Positions 1-10,361 are shown, counted from the stretch's first letter. The stretch is DNA of 32,000 nucleotides from Caedibacter taeniospiralis (GCF_002803295.2 NZ_PGGB02000012.1:1-32000), one strand, 5' to 3'. Numbers and translations are program-made. The notes: generated from the letters alone by a model not told the origin.

Positions 1-17
1 TTAAGAGGATAAATTAC

Positions 18-2300
18 ATGCAATTAAAAAAATGCTCAAGTACAATCAAAAAGTCAGTGCAAGCTGTTTCGATGGCATTAGCTATAGGTATAGCATCAAC
101 TGCCAGTGCAAATTGTTTTTTAGACAAAGCAGTTACTGGGTGGACGGGAAGCCTCACTTTTCATTGTGATACAGATACAGACTTGTTAGATAATCCTATT
201 ACATTTGATGTAAGTAATGGCGTTAAAGTAAGTTCTATTTGGGGAATTAATGCCAATACACGATACACGCAAACAGAGAATCATGTTGAAGCTACGGCAA
301 AACTGTGGTGGCCTGATGCGGCATATATATTACCTGCTAATCAGGCAGCAACCCTTTCTTTTTCGCCATCGAATGACAATTTTGCGATAAGTAATTTCCA
401 CATAGGTACTGATCAACCTGCTTCAAAGGCAACCATTCGTATTACTTTGCCTGAAAAGCCAGATAATATCAGTACTGATGTGAGGCCAGATATAACGATT
501 TATCAAGGATCACAAAAAGTGGTTGAGATCAATAATCGCGACTGGGGTGCAAGTTACCATCAAGAAGTGAGCTTTAGTGGAAGTAGTGCTGACTTTAGTG
601 TTAAGGTTGCCAGCATAAATGTTGATAGCGGTGTTGATATAGGAAAAGCAGAGCCTGCAAGCTTCAGATTAAGTAATGGTCAAACCCAGCAGGTAACCAT
701 TAGCTACGAACAGCCAGAACCTAAAGAACAGGGTAAGATATCGATCGCGGCAGTTGCTGCAGGGGGGAGTACGCCCATTGTTGCCCCAAACTACACGATT
801 ACAAAAGGTGGCAGTATTATCACCAATGGTCAGTTGAATTTTTCAGCAGCAACCGTGGTTGACTCATTGGATGTGGCAAATGGCTATGTATTAGATACCC
901 CTGCATTTATTGACAATGGCACGCAATATGTTCCAGAAGGGGGAGAAACACACCCTTTTTCAATTGCCAATAATCAAACCACGTCAGTCTCAATCACTTA
1001 TGATGCCAAGATCATTCCGAGTGAAAGGCTTAATTTCAATGTTACTGGTCTGCCCAGTGGCGCCAATACAACCATTAATCTAGTGGATGGCACAAACACA
1101 AAGTCCATCCCTGTTCATGGCAATGGAAGCTATAGTACTTCAGTGCTTCAAAATGGGGATACCTGGCAGATTAGTGCAAGTACTTATAACCAATACAGCG
1201 CGAGTGTCACGCCAAACTCATTCCTTGCAAATACTGATACTCAGGTCGTCAGTGTAAGCTATGCAGAATCGACCTCCAAGTGGCCAGCACACGCAATCGT
1301 TGGTTATGTGAAGGCTTATGGCGACCCATGGACGACCCAGCCCGATACGACAATAGATATGATTAAAGAGGCGATTTCACACGGGTATAACGTGTTTGTC
1401 TATGCATTTGGCGGGCAAGATAGCAATAATACGCCAAATCTTGCCGTTTTTTCTACTGAAGTGCTTGCTGGATTGCCAGCACAATTAGCTGCGATTCATC
1501 AGGCGGGTCATTTAGCCATTTTATCCGTCGGCGGTGGTGCAAATAATACCTTTGAAGCTGATCTATCGGGTGCTAAGTCTACGGATGCAGGCACTAAAAT
1601 GGGTGAATTTCTTGCCACACAAGGCTTTGATGGATTTGATTTTGATGTGGAACATCCAAATGCCTCTGCCACGAGTACCAATCTGATCAGTTATATCAAT
1701 GCTATGCGCGCCGCATTTGAGGCTAAAACTGGAAGAGATTTGATTCTAACAGCCGCACCACAAATTTCAGGATGGTACGGCACAGGGCAATGGGCTTCAG
1801 GCAGTGCGCAGTTTGCCGAACCCATGTATACCCAGGATTTTGTGAATAACGCCAAGTTTGATGCGTTTTTAATCCAGACTTATAACCAATATGGAGGAGC
1901 GCAATTTGGCGGACTAAAAGGCTATAACGAAGGCTTCTTAAGCATGACTTTTGGTCTCTTAAGTGCAGATACGCGTAAGGAAATTCCAGGAATTACACCC
2001 AATGCGTTTGTTGTTCCTGGTGGTACCAGGATTGTACTTGGGGTTCCTGATTTTAAAGATCCCGGTGTCACGGATGCACAATACCAGCAAGGTAGTTGTC
2101 TTGCAACAGCAATGTGTTCAGGTGTGGGTCTTTATAAACCAAGTGACATTAATGAAGATATAAGCCAAGGTCAGTTCAATGACATCCAACTTGGAAATCT
2201 ACATCAATACCCGCAATACGGTGGACTCATGACATGGATTATAAACTCAGATGCTTACCAGGGCTGGACTTGGGTAGATGGGATTAAGACTTCGGCGTAA
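18..2300 (+). CDS. Secreted GH18-family chitinase with N-terminal beta-sandwich-like module and Ig-like linker modules
   Basis: ORF of 760 aa. N-terminal signal peptide (KKSVQAVSMALAIGIASTASA). C-terminal domain has GH18 signatures: LSVGGG, catalytic DGFDFDVEHP (DGxDxDxE) and QTYNQYGG. AGAGGA-like SD just upstream. Confidence 0.9.
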   Translation: MQLKKCSSTIKKSVQAVSMALAIGIASTASANCFLDKAVTGWTGSLTFHCDTDTDLLDNPITFDVSNGVKVSSIWGINANTRYTQTENHVEATAKLWWPDAAYILPANQAATLSFSPSNDNFAISNFHIGTDQPASKATIRITLPEKPDNISTDVRPDITIYQGSQKVVEINNRDWGASYHQEVSFSGSSADFSVKVASINVDSGVDIGKAEPASFRLSNGQTQQVTISYEQPEPKEQGKISIAAVAAGGSTPIVAPNYTITKGGSIITNGQLNFSAATVVDSLDVANGYVLDTPAFIDNGTQYVPEGGETHPFSIANNQTTSVSITYDAKIIPSERLNFNVTGLPSGANTTINLVDGTNTKSIPVHGNGSYSTSVLQNGDTWQISASTYNQYSASVTPNSFLANTDTQVVSVSYAESTSKWPAHAIVGYVKAYGDPWTTQPDTTIDMIKEAISHGYNVFVYAFGGQDSNNTPNLAVFSTEVLAGLPAQLAAIHQAGHLAILSVGGGANNTFEADLSGAKSTDAGTKMGEFLATQGFDGFDFDVEHPNASATSTNLISYINAMRAAFEAKTGRDLILTAAPQISGWYGTGQWASGSAQFAEPMYTQDFVNNAKFDAFLIQTYNQYGGAQFGGLKGYNEGFLSMTFGLLSADTRKEIPGITPNAFVVPGGTRIVLGVPDFKDPGVTDAQYQQGSCLATAMCSGVGLYKPSDINEDISQGQFNDIQLGNLHQYPQYGGLMTWIINSDAYQGWTWVDGIKTSA

Positions 2301-2588
2301 CTCTTGGATAGGTAAGCCACTGGTTTAACCAGGGAGACTTTCAAGGCTTGACCTTTAGATTTAGTGTTGGATGCTGTCATAACAATCCTGTGGGCTTGGC
2401 GGTCACACAGGAGAAATAACATTATGACAGCATCAGCTTATGTAAAGTTTAAGCCAACTAGCGCAAGGGTAATTTTTCCCTCTGCTCACCAAAATTTCCC
2501 ATTTTCCGATCTAATCATATGGTATATCATTCACAAAACATGTTAGTAATCAATTCTCAATCAAGTATTCAACAAAAGGAAACGCACA

Positions 2589-2702
2589 ATGAAAATACAT
2601 AAATTAGTGACCTGCTCACACCATGATCATCAGCTGCTCAGAGATCACAAGATTCTCAAGCTGACTTTAATATCAGCTCAATATGATCTCAGGAGAGCCT
2701 AA
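2589..2702 (+). CDS. Candidate 37-codon leader/small ORF (MKIHKLVTCSHHDHQLLRDHKILKLTLISAQYDLRRA) upstream of the next secreted protein
   Basis: ATG preceded by AAAAGGAAA about 8 nt upstream. The stop TAA (2700-2702) lies 1 nt before the ATG at 2704. Too short for the supplied ORF track. Confidence 0.35.
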   Translation: MKIHKLVTCSHHDHQLLRDHKILKLTLISAQYDLRRA

Positions 2703-2703
2703 C

Positions 2704-5610
2704 ATGAGGAACATGCGAACACTAAAATCCCTTTCTCTTTATACACTGGGACTCCTTTATGGCGCTTCATATGCAGCAAATTGTCAAATTACCCGCATCG
2801 ATCACGCCGACACCTGGACGCCGACGCTAAATTTTACCTGCGACGCCAAGGTTGATCTGACTCAGGAAGATGTGAGTTTTAATTTAGCTCAAGGTAGTAT
2901 TTCTGGTATTTGGGGATTAAAGGTAGCGGATAAAGATGCCAATGCTGCGATAAATCTCAGCCAAACGGGTAATAAGGTCTATATCGATATCGGTAAACAC
3001 TATTATCCTGAAGATGATGTCAACATTGAGCCTGGGGAAATTGTGTCTTTTAGCTATTCTCCCAGTGTTTTAAACGATACGATCAGCAATTTCACAATAG
3101 GAAGCAACACCCACGAACAAGGCGTTGTGAATTTTAAACAACTAGCCTCCAGCCAAGATATTCCCTTAGATGCAGTGATTCAGCTGAAAAATCAGTCAGG
3201 TCAGGTTGCCTATCAAGTCACTTGGCAACAGGTTGCAAAACAATCCCTCACTGTGACTCCTGGCAAGTATGAAATTGAGGCGTATGTTGTAAAAGGCAGT
3301 TTACGTGAACCAATTACTGTTACTTCAGCTAATCCTGTTACTATTGAACAAGATAAGACCACTGAAGTAAGTTTAAATTACCAGCAACAGGAAACAAATC
3401 TGAGTATTTTCCTTGATGAGTTTAAACCCGAAGATGTTAATAACGATAAAGTGACTGTGGTGATTCAAAATATTACAAGCAAAGAAACGCATACGGTTGA
3501 GACCCAATGGCATGGTGAAGTTCAAGTGCAGTTAGCGCCCAATCAAAGCTATGTCTTAAGTGCACCTGATATAATGGGAAGCGAAAATCAATATGCCTTT
3601 AGTTTGTCACCCTCTACAGTAAACACAGATGCAACAACTGCACAATACCAAACGCATATTAATGTCAGTAAAACACCGATAGCAACTTATCTCTTAAAGA
3701 CCACCATTAGCAATTTACCTACGGGGAAATCAACGATCATAAGCTTTGCAAAAGATGGTCATGAAGTTGTTTCTCAAACGGTAGAAAATGGTGAGCAAAG
3801 TATTTATCTGCCAGAAGGTAGCTATGAGGTCGCTGCCACGTCAATAACGGAAGATGGCTATCGCTACCAATTACCAAAAATAGAAACAACAGTGCAAAAT
3901 TGTGAAAACTGCAACACACTTAATCTCGTTTTCGACAAAACCAAAATAAACAATAAGGTTCAAGGTTGGCCTAGTTATCTTGCGATGGGAGCCATTGGTG
4001 GACCCAATATTTCACCTGAAACACAGGTTTATAGCGGTGGTGATGACTCCTTTGGCGGCAGACCCGTGGATGCGGTATTTAAATATGCGGGAGTTAATGG
4101 CAACGGTGATCCTGGGGTCATTGATCCGCCCATGAATGCGCTTAGAATGGCGAAAGACTTAACCCTCGCAAGTGAAGCAAACAAGCACCCAAGTCGCGTG
4201 GTGATTGTCGAGTATACGGGGGAAATGAGTGGTGGGCAAAACTATGCCGATTTTAGCAACAGCGCTGTACCCAATCCTGATAAACAGGGTGCCACCTACA
4301 TTATGGCACGTCATTTTTCCAGTTTAATTGCCGATGCGATGGCATTACAAACCCACCCTGTGACTTATAATGGACAGAATTATTATGGATCACTCATTAT
4401 GAATCCTGATTTGTTGGGTGCCATACAGCAAAATAACTATATTGATGGGGTTAATAACGACTTATCTGCCAATAAAGTCAATGAGGCTGTGGATCAGGCA
4501 TTATGTTTAATGACAAATGAATACACTTACACCAACAATGATCCGCAATCAAAGTCATGGAGTGGGAAAAGTGCCTATGGTCAAACCTATCACGGCACCG
4601 CATTTGGAATTTTAACGCAAATGCTTGAGGATAACTTTCCAACGTGGCTTGTTAGCTCAGCCACAGATGAGTATTGGGGTGTTGCAATCAATAATAAAGA
4701 TAGTCAGCTTGAAAAGTGGTTTCAGGCCTGCATCAGTCATCCAGATTACGACAAAAGCCGCTATCAGCATCCTGATTTCAAAGCAGGGCTAGATGGATGG
4801 GTAAAGGCAAATAACTGGTTAATTCGTGCATTTGCGCCTAAAGATCAAGGGGTAACTTTTGGCTGGCAGGATAATATGTGGGCGGTGAACTCTGGGTATT
4901 GGCTACACAAGGATTTATCACGGGGCGAGATTGCCAGTGTATATGCGACTCCACTTAGCAACTGGCTTGAAACTCATGTGCCAAGTGCTATTGAAACAAA
5001 ATCTCCCTATTCCCCTGATTATTTTGTCTTTGATCGCTATGAAACGGATGACAGCGCAGGAGCAGGACAGGCTACCTTGTACAACGCACGGTCCTGGGAT
5101 AATTTCATTACTGCAGTTGGCGAAGTGAGTCGTAATTTTGATAATCTGCCCATCATGTTATGGCAGATTCCAGGTTCTCATCTTCCCTTTGTAGGTGAGA
5201 GAGAACCTGAGCTACTCAACGGTCTGAGTGGTAACTATATATTCAGTACCGCACCAGTCTACTTCTTTGGTGATTCAGCGTTAAAAGGGGACCTCAGCAA
5301 TATGATCGATGGGGGCTTAAGCTCAATCAATACCGCGGTTGGGGCTTATCCTGTGGCAGGAGCATATAGCTGTCCTCTCCCAGGTTGCACTTATAGAGAC
5401 TACTTGAAATACTACCAAGGTCGCGAGAATAATTTTGATTGGTCAAAGGATAATGGCAAACTCACTTTTGCTGCTGAAAATAACATCTTTGCGATCTTAT
5501 GGGGTGGCGGAAACACTACCAATGTCATCAAAAATTTCAGCAATCCTGACGATCATGGCTGGCTTGCGAATAAAATAATCGGCTATTATAAAAATCCGCA
5601 AGCCTTATAG
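2704..5610 (+). CDS. Large secreted multidomain protein: N-terminal module homologous to that of the upstream chitinase, Ig-like linkers, unassigned C-terminal putative hydrolase domain
   Basis: Signal peptide (MRTLKSLSLYTLGLLYGASYA). N-terminus (ANCQITRIDHADTWTPTLNFTCDAK...ISGIWGLKVA) matches the upstream protein (ANCFLDKAVTGWTGSLTFHCDTD...VSSIWGINAN). AGGAG at 2691-2695 favours a start at 2704 rather than 2683. Confidence 0.85.
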   Translation: MRNMRTLKSLSLYTLGLLYGASYAANCQITRIDHADTWTPTLNFTCDAKVDLTQEDVSFNLAQGSISGIWGLKVADKDANAAINLSQTGNKVYIDIGKHYYPEDDVNIEPGEIVSFSYSPSVLNDTISNFTIGSNTHEQGVVNFKQLASSQDIPLDAVIQLKNQSGQVAYQVTWQQVAKQSLTVTPGKYEIEAYVVKGSLREPITVTSANPVTIEQDKTTEVSLNYQQQETNLSIFLDEFKPEDVNNDKVTVVIQNITSKETHTVETQWHGEVQVQLAPNQSYVLSAPDIMGSENQYAFSLSPSTVNTDATTAQYQTHINVSKTPIATYLLKTTISNLPTGKSTIISFAKDGHEVVSQTVENGEQSIYLPEGSYEVAATSITEDGYRYQLPKIETTVQNCENCNTLNLVFDKTKINNKVQGWPSYLAMGAIGGPNISPETQVYSGGDDSFGGRPVDAVFKYAGVNGNGDPGVIDPPMNALRMAKDLTLASEANKHPSRVVIVEYTGEMSGGQNYADFSNSAVPNPDKQGATYIMARHFSSLIADAMALQTHPVTYNGQNYYGSLIMNPDLLGAIQQNNYIDGVNNDLSANKVNEAVDQALCLMTNEYTYTNNDPQSKSWSGKSAYGQTYHGTAFGILTQMLEDNFPTWLVSSATDEYWGVAINNKDSQLEKWFQACISHPDYDKSRYQHPDFKAGLDGWVKANNWLIRAFAPKDQGVTFGWQDNMWAVNSGYWLHKDLSRGEIASVYATPLSNWLETHVPSAIETKSPYSPDYFVFDRYETDDSAGAGQATLYNARSWDNFITAVGEVSRNFDNLPIMLWQIPGSHLPFVGEREPELLNGLSGNYIFSTAPVYFFGDSALKGDLSNMIDGGLSSINTAVGAYPVAGAYSCPLPGCTYRDYLKYYQGRENNFDWSKDNGKLTFAAENNIFAILWGGGNTTNVIKNFSNPDDHGWLANKIIGYYKNPQAL

Positions 5611-5632
5611 ATATGATGGTGCATTGCGTAGG

Positions 5633-5649
5633 GGCGTATTGTATACGCC
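5633..5649 (+). terminator. Perfect 7-bp hairpin (GGCGTAT-TGT-ATACGCC) downstream of the secreted protein; weak terminator candidate
   Basis: Inverted repeat 23 nt after the stop. No strong T-run follows. Confidence 0.3.
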
Positions 5650-5690
5650 TTTGCAAAAATGAGCGGAAATTCTGTCAAGCCTATGTAGGT

Positions 5691-5939
5691 TTAGGAATGT
5701 CTAAACCACTTTTTTAATTTTTCTTCTGCCCTTAATATGTGCTTTTCCACTCGTGGAAAACGGTGAAGTAGTTGATGTAGTAACTTTCTCATGGAAGGGA
5801 TAATCCAGGACAGCACAATAATGCCTGCAAAAAAGAACACAAACCCAGGAATAATAGGCAAGATTGCGCCAAGTAAGGCAAGTGAGAATAACAAAATAAC
5901 GATTAAGATGAGAAGAGCTTTTTTAAAGAGAATGCGCAT
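5691..5939 (-). CDS. Small inner-membrane protein, PGPGW/DUF454-like
   Basis: 82 aa with a hydrophobic hairpin LLILIVILLFSLALLGAILPIIPGFVFFFAGIIVL and a basic C-terminal tail. Confidence 0.55.
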   Translation of the reverse strand: MRILFKKALLILIVILLFSLALLGAILPIIPGFVFFFAGIIVLSWIIPSMRKLLHQLLHRFPRVEKHILRAEEKLKKWFRHS

Positions 5940-5976
5940 GGGGTTACTTAGTTTTGTATGAATGGGGGAATGAACA

Positions 5977-7155
5977 TTATTTGTCGTATAAATTAAGATT
6001 ATTGATCGCTTCGGCTAATGCTTCTGCTTTGTCCGTTTTCTCCCACGTAAAATCAGTATCTTCACGTCCAAAATGACCATAAGCGGCGGTTTTTTGATAG
6101 ATAGGACGCAATAGATCAAGCTGGTGGGTAATTGCATAAGGCCGCAAATCAAAGTGTTCGCTTACCAGCTTTTCAATCATATGATCATCTAGCTTGCCTG
6201 TGCCAAACGTGTTTACCATTACCGAAGTTGGGTTTGCCACGCCAATGGCGTAAGAAACCTGAATTTCACATTTGTCAGCAAGACCACTGGCAACAATGTT
6301 TTTAGCAATATAGCGTCCCATATAAGCTGCTGAGCGGTCAACTTTGGAGGGGTCCTTGCCAGAGAAAGCCCCCCCTCCATGGTGTGCCGCTCCACCATAG
6401 GTGTCCACAATAATCTTGCGTCCAGTTAATCCGCAATCACCCACAGGACCGCCGATGACAAATTTACCTGTGGGGTTAACAAAATAGCGAGTTTTAGCTG
6501 TGATCCATTCTCTTGGCAAAACAGGTAAGATGATTTCTTCAATGACTGCTTCTTTAATCACATGATATGGAATTTCAGGTGCATGTTGTGTTGAGATAAC
6601 TACTGTATCTACGCCAATCGGTTTGCCATTGACATAGCGCAGTGTCACCTGACTTTTGGCATCTGGTCTAAGCCAGGAAAGCGTTTTGTTTTTGCGTAAA
6701 AATGCCTGACGCTGCATGAGTTTATGCGAATAATAGATGGCTGCAGGCATTAGCGTAGGTGTTTCATTGGTGGCAAAACCAAACATTAATCCCTGGTCCC
6801 CCGCTCCTTGATCAAGAGGGTTTGCGCGATCAACGCCTTGAGCGATTTCAGAGGATTGTTTGCCGATAGCATTAATAACCGCACAGCAATTACCATCAAA
6901 ACCCAGGTCATCTTTATCGTAACCGATACCAATCACGACGTTGCGCACGATTTCTTCAATATCAACCCATGCTGAAGTGGTGATTTCACCTGCTACCAGT
7001 GCCATTCCTGTTTTAACCAAGGTTTCGCAGGCCACACGTGCGTGTTTGTCCTGTATGAGAATGGCATCCAGGATGGCATCAGAAATCTGATCGGCGATTT
7101 TATCAGGATGACCTTCAGAAACAGATTCAGAGGTAAATAGAAAATCATTTGCCAT
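5977..7155 (-). CDS. metK: S-adenosylmethionine synthetase
   Basis: 392 aa. MetK motifs: [63 protein letters not shown]. Confidence 0.98.
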   Translation of the reverse strand: MANDFLFTSESVSEGHPDKIADQISDAILDAILIQDKHARVACETLVKTGMALVAGEITTSAWVDIEEIVRNVVIGIGYDKDDLGFDGNCCAVINAIGKQSSEIAQGVDRANPLDQGAGDQGLMFGFATNETPTLMPAAIYYSHKLMQRQAFLRKNKTLSWLRPDAKSQVTLRYVNGKPIGVDTVVISTQHAPEIPYHVIKEAVIEEIILPVLPREWITAKTRYFVNPTGKFVIGGPVGDCGLTGRKIIVDTYGGAAHHGGGAFSGKDPSKVDRSAAYMGRYIAKNIVASGLADKCEIQVSYAIGVANPTSVMVNTFGTGKLDDHMIEKLVSEHFDLRPYAITHQLDLLRPIYQKTAAYGHFGREDTDFTWEKTDKAEALAEAINNLNLYDK

Positions 7156-7341
7156 GGTGTATTATCCTTTTGTGTTTGTTGCAAGCTAAAAGGATTCTAT
7201 AGAGTGAAGAGGGAAATTATAGAAACGCTTTAGCGGTGTTATTTTTTGTCGCCCGCAAGTTGTGGTTAAATCAGCGACAGTGTTAATTCCATCAGCGATG
7301 CTAGCCTCATTATGACTGAGTGTCAAAGCGTTTAATAAAAA

Positions 7342-7680
7342 TTATTTGGCTTGATTGATGATTTCCTGTAATTCACCATTTTCATGCAACTCAAGAATAA
7401 TATCGCAACCTCCGATAAGCTCACCATTGACATAAAGTTGCGGAAAGGTCGGCCAATTGGCATATTTTGGTAAGGTTGCACGAATCTCAGGATTCTCCAG
7501 AATATTGACAAAAGCAAATGGTTTTCCACAGGCTTGAATTGCTGCAACAGCATGAGCTGAAAAACCGCATTGAGGCATTTTAGGAGTTCCCTTCATATAC
7601 AGTAAAATACCATTGTTAGCAATTTGTGATTGTATCGTTTCGATTACTTTTGCTTCATCAAAGTTATGGTTTATATTCAT
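7342..7680 (-). CDS. grxD: Monothiol glutaredoxin, Grx4 family
   Basis: MNINHNFDEAKVIETIQSQIANNGILLYMKGTPKMPQCGFSAHAV; CGFS active site, WPTFPQLYVNGELIGGCDII. The internal ATG at 7680 is preferred over the ORF-track start. Confidence 0.95.
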   Translation of the reverse strand: MNINHNFDEAKVIETIQSQIANNGILLYMKGTPKMPQCGFSAHAVAAIQACGKPFAFVNILENPEIRATLPKYANWPTFPQLYVNGELIGGCDIILELHENGELQEIINQAK

Positions 7681-7787
7681 TTTGATTTCCTTTGGTTGCC
7701 TAAACTTGAAAAGGTACGAGATTAGTATTATATTGCGCGCAGTATATATCAGATTCCAAATTTCGGTCAATAAACAAGGAGCAAGAA

Positions 7788-8381
7788 ATGTTTGAATTAC
7801 CACAGTTACCATATCCAAAAAATGCGTTAGCACCCATTATTTCTGAAGAAACCATAGAGTATCACTATGGCAAACATCATCAAGCATACGTCACGAATTT
7901 AAATAATTTGTTAAAAGCAGATGAGCATAAAACGTTTGCAGGAAAATCTTTAGAAGAAATTATTTTAACTTCCAAAGCGGGTGTATTTAATAATGCAGCA
8001 CAAATCTGGAATCATACCTTTTACTGGAATTGTTTAACCCCAAATGCCAAGGCAAAGCCAGAGCCAGAGGGTAAACTATTGCAGGCGATTGAGAAAAAGT
8101 TTGGTAGCTTTGAAGCCTTTAGAGAGGACTTCAATAAAACAGCCGTCACAACTTTTGGTTCTGGCTGGGCGTGGCTCGTTAAAGCCAAATCAGGTGAGCT
8201 TGAACTTGTGAGTACGAGTAACGCGGGATGTCCATTGACAGAGGGGCATATCCCACTACTAACCTGTGATGTGTGGGAGCATGCGTATTATATTGATTAC
8301 CGCAATGCGCGTCCAAAATATGTAGAAGAATTCTGGCATATCATTAATTGGGATTTTGTTGCAAAACAGTTTGCAAAATAA
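7788..8381 (+). CDS. sodB: Superoxide dismutase, Fe/Mn family (probably Fe)
   Basis: [39 protein letters not shown]; [23 protein letters not shown]. Confidence 0.97.
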   Translation: MFELPQLPYPKNALAPIISEETIEYHYGKHHQAYVTNLNNLLKADEHKTFAGKSLEEIILTSKAGVFNNAAQIWNHTFYWNCLTPNAKAKPEPEGKLLQAIEKKFGSFEAFREDFNKTAVTTFGSGWAWLVKAKSGELELVSTSNAGCPLTEGHIPLLTCDVWEHAYYIDYRNARPKYVEEFWHIINWDFVAKQFAK

Positions 8382-8627
8382 ACCCTCACCCAAAATCTCC
8401 GTTTGTCGAGGAGTCTATATTTCACTTTTATTTCCTAAGATTACGTGTATGTGGTTGATTGTTTCTATTTTAATCAAAATATCTTTAAATATTCCTGTAC
8501 CTTTCATTAAATTCAGGTAGAATACCGCCTGAATTTATCAACAACATACTCGTCACGTATCGTTTGTAGTCGTTTAAAACGCAGAAGGGCAGTGATTGGT
8601 ATCATAACTTTTGGGTTTTAAATCATT

Positions 8628-10361
8628 ATGAATACTGAAATACAAGGCTTAAGCTTTCAAGACTTAGGCTTAAATGAAAAATTATTGTCTGCCATTGAAT
8701 CAATGGGTTACCAGACGCCGACGCCAATTCAGGCAAACACCATTCCGTTTGTACTCCAGGGTCGCGATGTTTTAGGGCAGGCGCAAACAGGAACGGGTAA
8801 AACGGCTGCTTTTGCGTTACCTCTATTGAATAATATGGATTTGACCATCCAGGAACGTATGCCGCAAGTTTTGGTGCTAACACCAACACGCGAGCTTGCG
8901 ATTCAAGTGGCTGAGGCTTTTGAAACATTCTCTAAGAATATCGCTAAGCTTGAGGTCGCTTCGATTTACGGTGGTCAGGAATACGGGCGCCAAATCCAGG
9001 CACTTCGCCGTGGTGTACACGTCATTGTCGGTACCGCAGGACGCGTGATGGATCATATGCGTAAAGGCACATTAAAACTAGACACCTTAAAAGCGCTGGT
9101 GCTTGATGAAGCAGATGAAATGCTGCGCATGGGCTTTATCGATGATGTTAAATGGGTTTTATCACATACGCCAGAATCCTGCCAGCGTTTACTGTTTTCA
9201 GCAACCATGCCGCGCGATGTGCTGGACATCGTGCATGAATATTTGCGTGAACCTTGTAAAGTGCAGATCAAAACAAAAACAGCTACAGCAAAAACGATTC
9301 ATCAGCGTTTCTTAGTGATCAAAGGCTTATCTAAATTAGACGCACTTGATCGCATTTTAGAGATTGAAGATACCGATGGCGTGATGGTTTTTGTCAAAAC
9401 GAAAACTTCCACTATTGAGGTTGCTGATGGTTTGAAAGCACGTGGTCATTTGGCAGTAGCCATTAATGGTGATATGCAGCAAAACCAGCGTGAATATATT
9501 ATTGATCAGCTCAAGTCATCGAAGATCAATGTTTTAGTCGCCACTGATGTTGTGGCACGTGGCTTGGATGTTGAACGCATTAGCCATGTCATTAACTACG
9601 ATTTGCCACAAGACAATGAAGCCTACGTACACCGTATTGGACGGACGGGGCGCGCGGGACGCGAAGGTGATGCCATTTCTTTAATCTATACAAGAGACTT
9701 ACGTCAGTTACGCACACTTGAGCGGATGATTCGTGACACGATGGAAGAAATGCAGCTCCCAGGTGCAAAAGAAATTACTGACAAACGCATTGTGCGCTTT
9801 AAGCATGAAGTAGCTGAGATCATTCGCCACAAAGATTTAACGAAGTTCAGAGCACTAATGCAGGAGTTTGCAACTGAATATGGCTCTGAAGCTGAAGATA
9901 TGGTGGCAGCCTTAGCATTTTTGGCACAAGGAGATAGACAGCTTTTTGTTAAAGAAATTCAGGTACAGGAAACAGGAAGAACTGAGCGTGGATATGGCGA
10001 TCGTGATGGTCGTCGCAATGAGGGGCACGGTAATCATAGAGATGATCGCAGCGCTCGAGGAGGTAGTCGCGAAAGAGGTTCGCGCGATGCTCGTGAAAGA
10101 AACCCACGTCATTCATCGGATTTGGAGATGACGACCTATCGCATTGAAGTGGGGCGTAATGATGGGGTGGAGCCACGTAATATTGTTGGCGCAATTGCCA
10201 ATGAAGCGGGGATCAATAGTCGCAACATCGGGCATATTAAATTATTTGACCAGTTTAGTACGGTGGATTTGCCAAGTAATACGCCTAAAAACGTCATAGA
10301 GCACCTAAAGAAAGTCTGGGTAGCGGGCAAAAAGCTTGAAATCAAAGAAGACAGAAGATAA
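8628..10361 (+). CDS. deaD: DEAD-box ATP-dependent RNA helicase, CsdA/DeaD type
   Basis: AQTGTGKT, DEAD, SAT, HRIGRTGRAG motifs, with an RG-rich tail and a C-terminal domain (TTYRIEVGRNDGVEPRNIVGAIANEAGI) of DbpA-like RNA-binding type. Confidence 0.95.
   Translation: MNTEIQGLSFQDLGLNEKLLSAIESMGYQTPTPIQANTIPFVLQGRDVLGQAQTGTGKTAAFALPLLNNMDLTIQERMPQVLVLTPTRELAIQVAEAFETFSKNIAKLEVASIYGGQEYGRQIQALRRGVHVIVGTAGRVMDHMRKGTLKLDTLKALVLDEADEMLRMGFIDDVKWVLSHTPESCQRLLFSATMPRDVLDIVHEYLREPCKVQIKTKTATAKTIHQRFLVIKGLSKLDALDRILEIEDTDGVMVFVKTKTSTIEVADGLKARGHLAVAINGDMQQNQREYIIDQLKSSKINVLVATDVVARGLDVERISHVINYDLPQDNEAYVHRIGRTGRAGREGDAISLIYTRDLRQLRTLERMIRDTMEEMQLPGAKEITDKRIVRFKHEVAEIIRHKDLTKFRALMQEFATEYGSEAEDMVAALAFLAQGDRQLFVKEIQVQETGRTERGYGDRDGRRNEGHGNHRDDRSARGGSRERGSRDARERNPRHSSDLEMTTYRIEVGRNDGVEPRNIVGAIANEAGINSRNIGHIKLFDQFSTVDLPSNTPKNVIEHLKKVWVAGKKLEIKEDRR

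Noticed and set aside
2364-2546. 60-aa ORF between the two secreted proteins
   Set aside because: No RBS or family similarity recognised, and its composition looks like intergenic sequence.
7332-7553. ORFs opposite or overlapping grxD (7332-7553, 7613-7795)
   Set aside because: They overlap the clearly supported grxD gene or its upstream region and have no protein-like signature.
9949-10345. Several antisense ORFs within the deaD 3' region (9912-10112, 9949-10194, 10136-10345)
   Set aside because: They lie opposite the RG-rich tail and C-terminal domain of a clear DEAD-box helicase. Composition is explained by the sense codons and there is no recognisable protein family.
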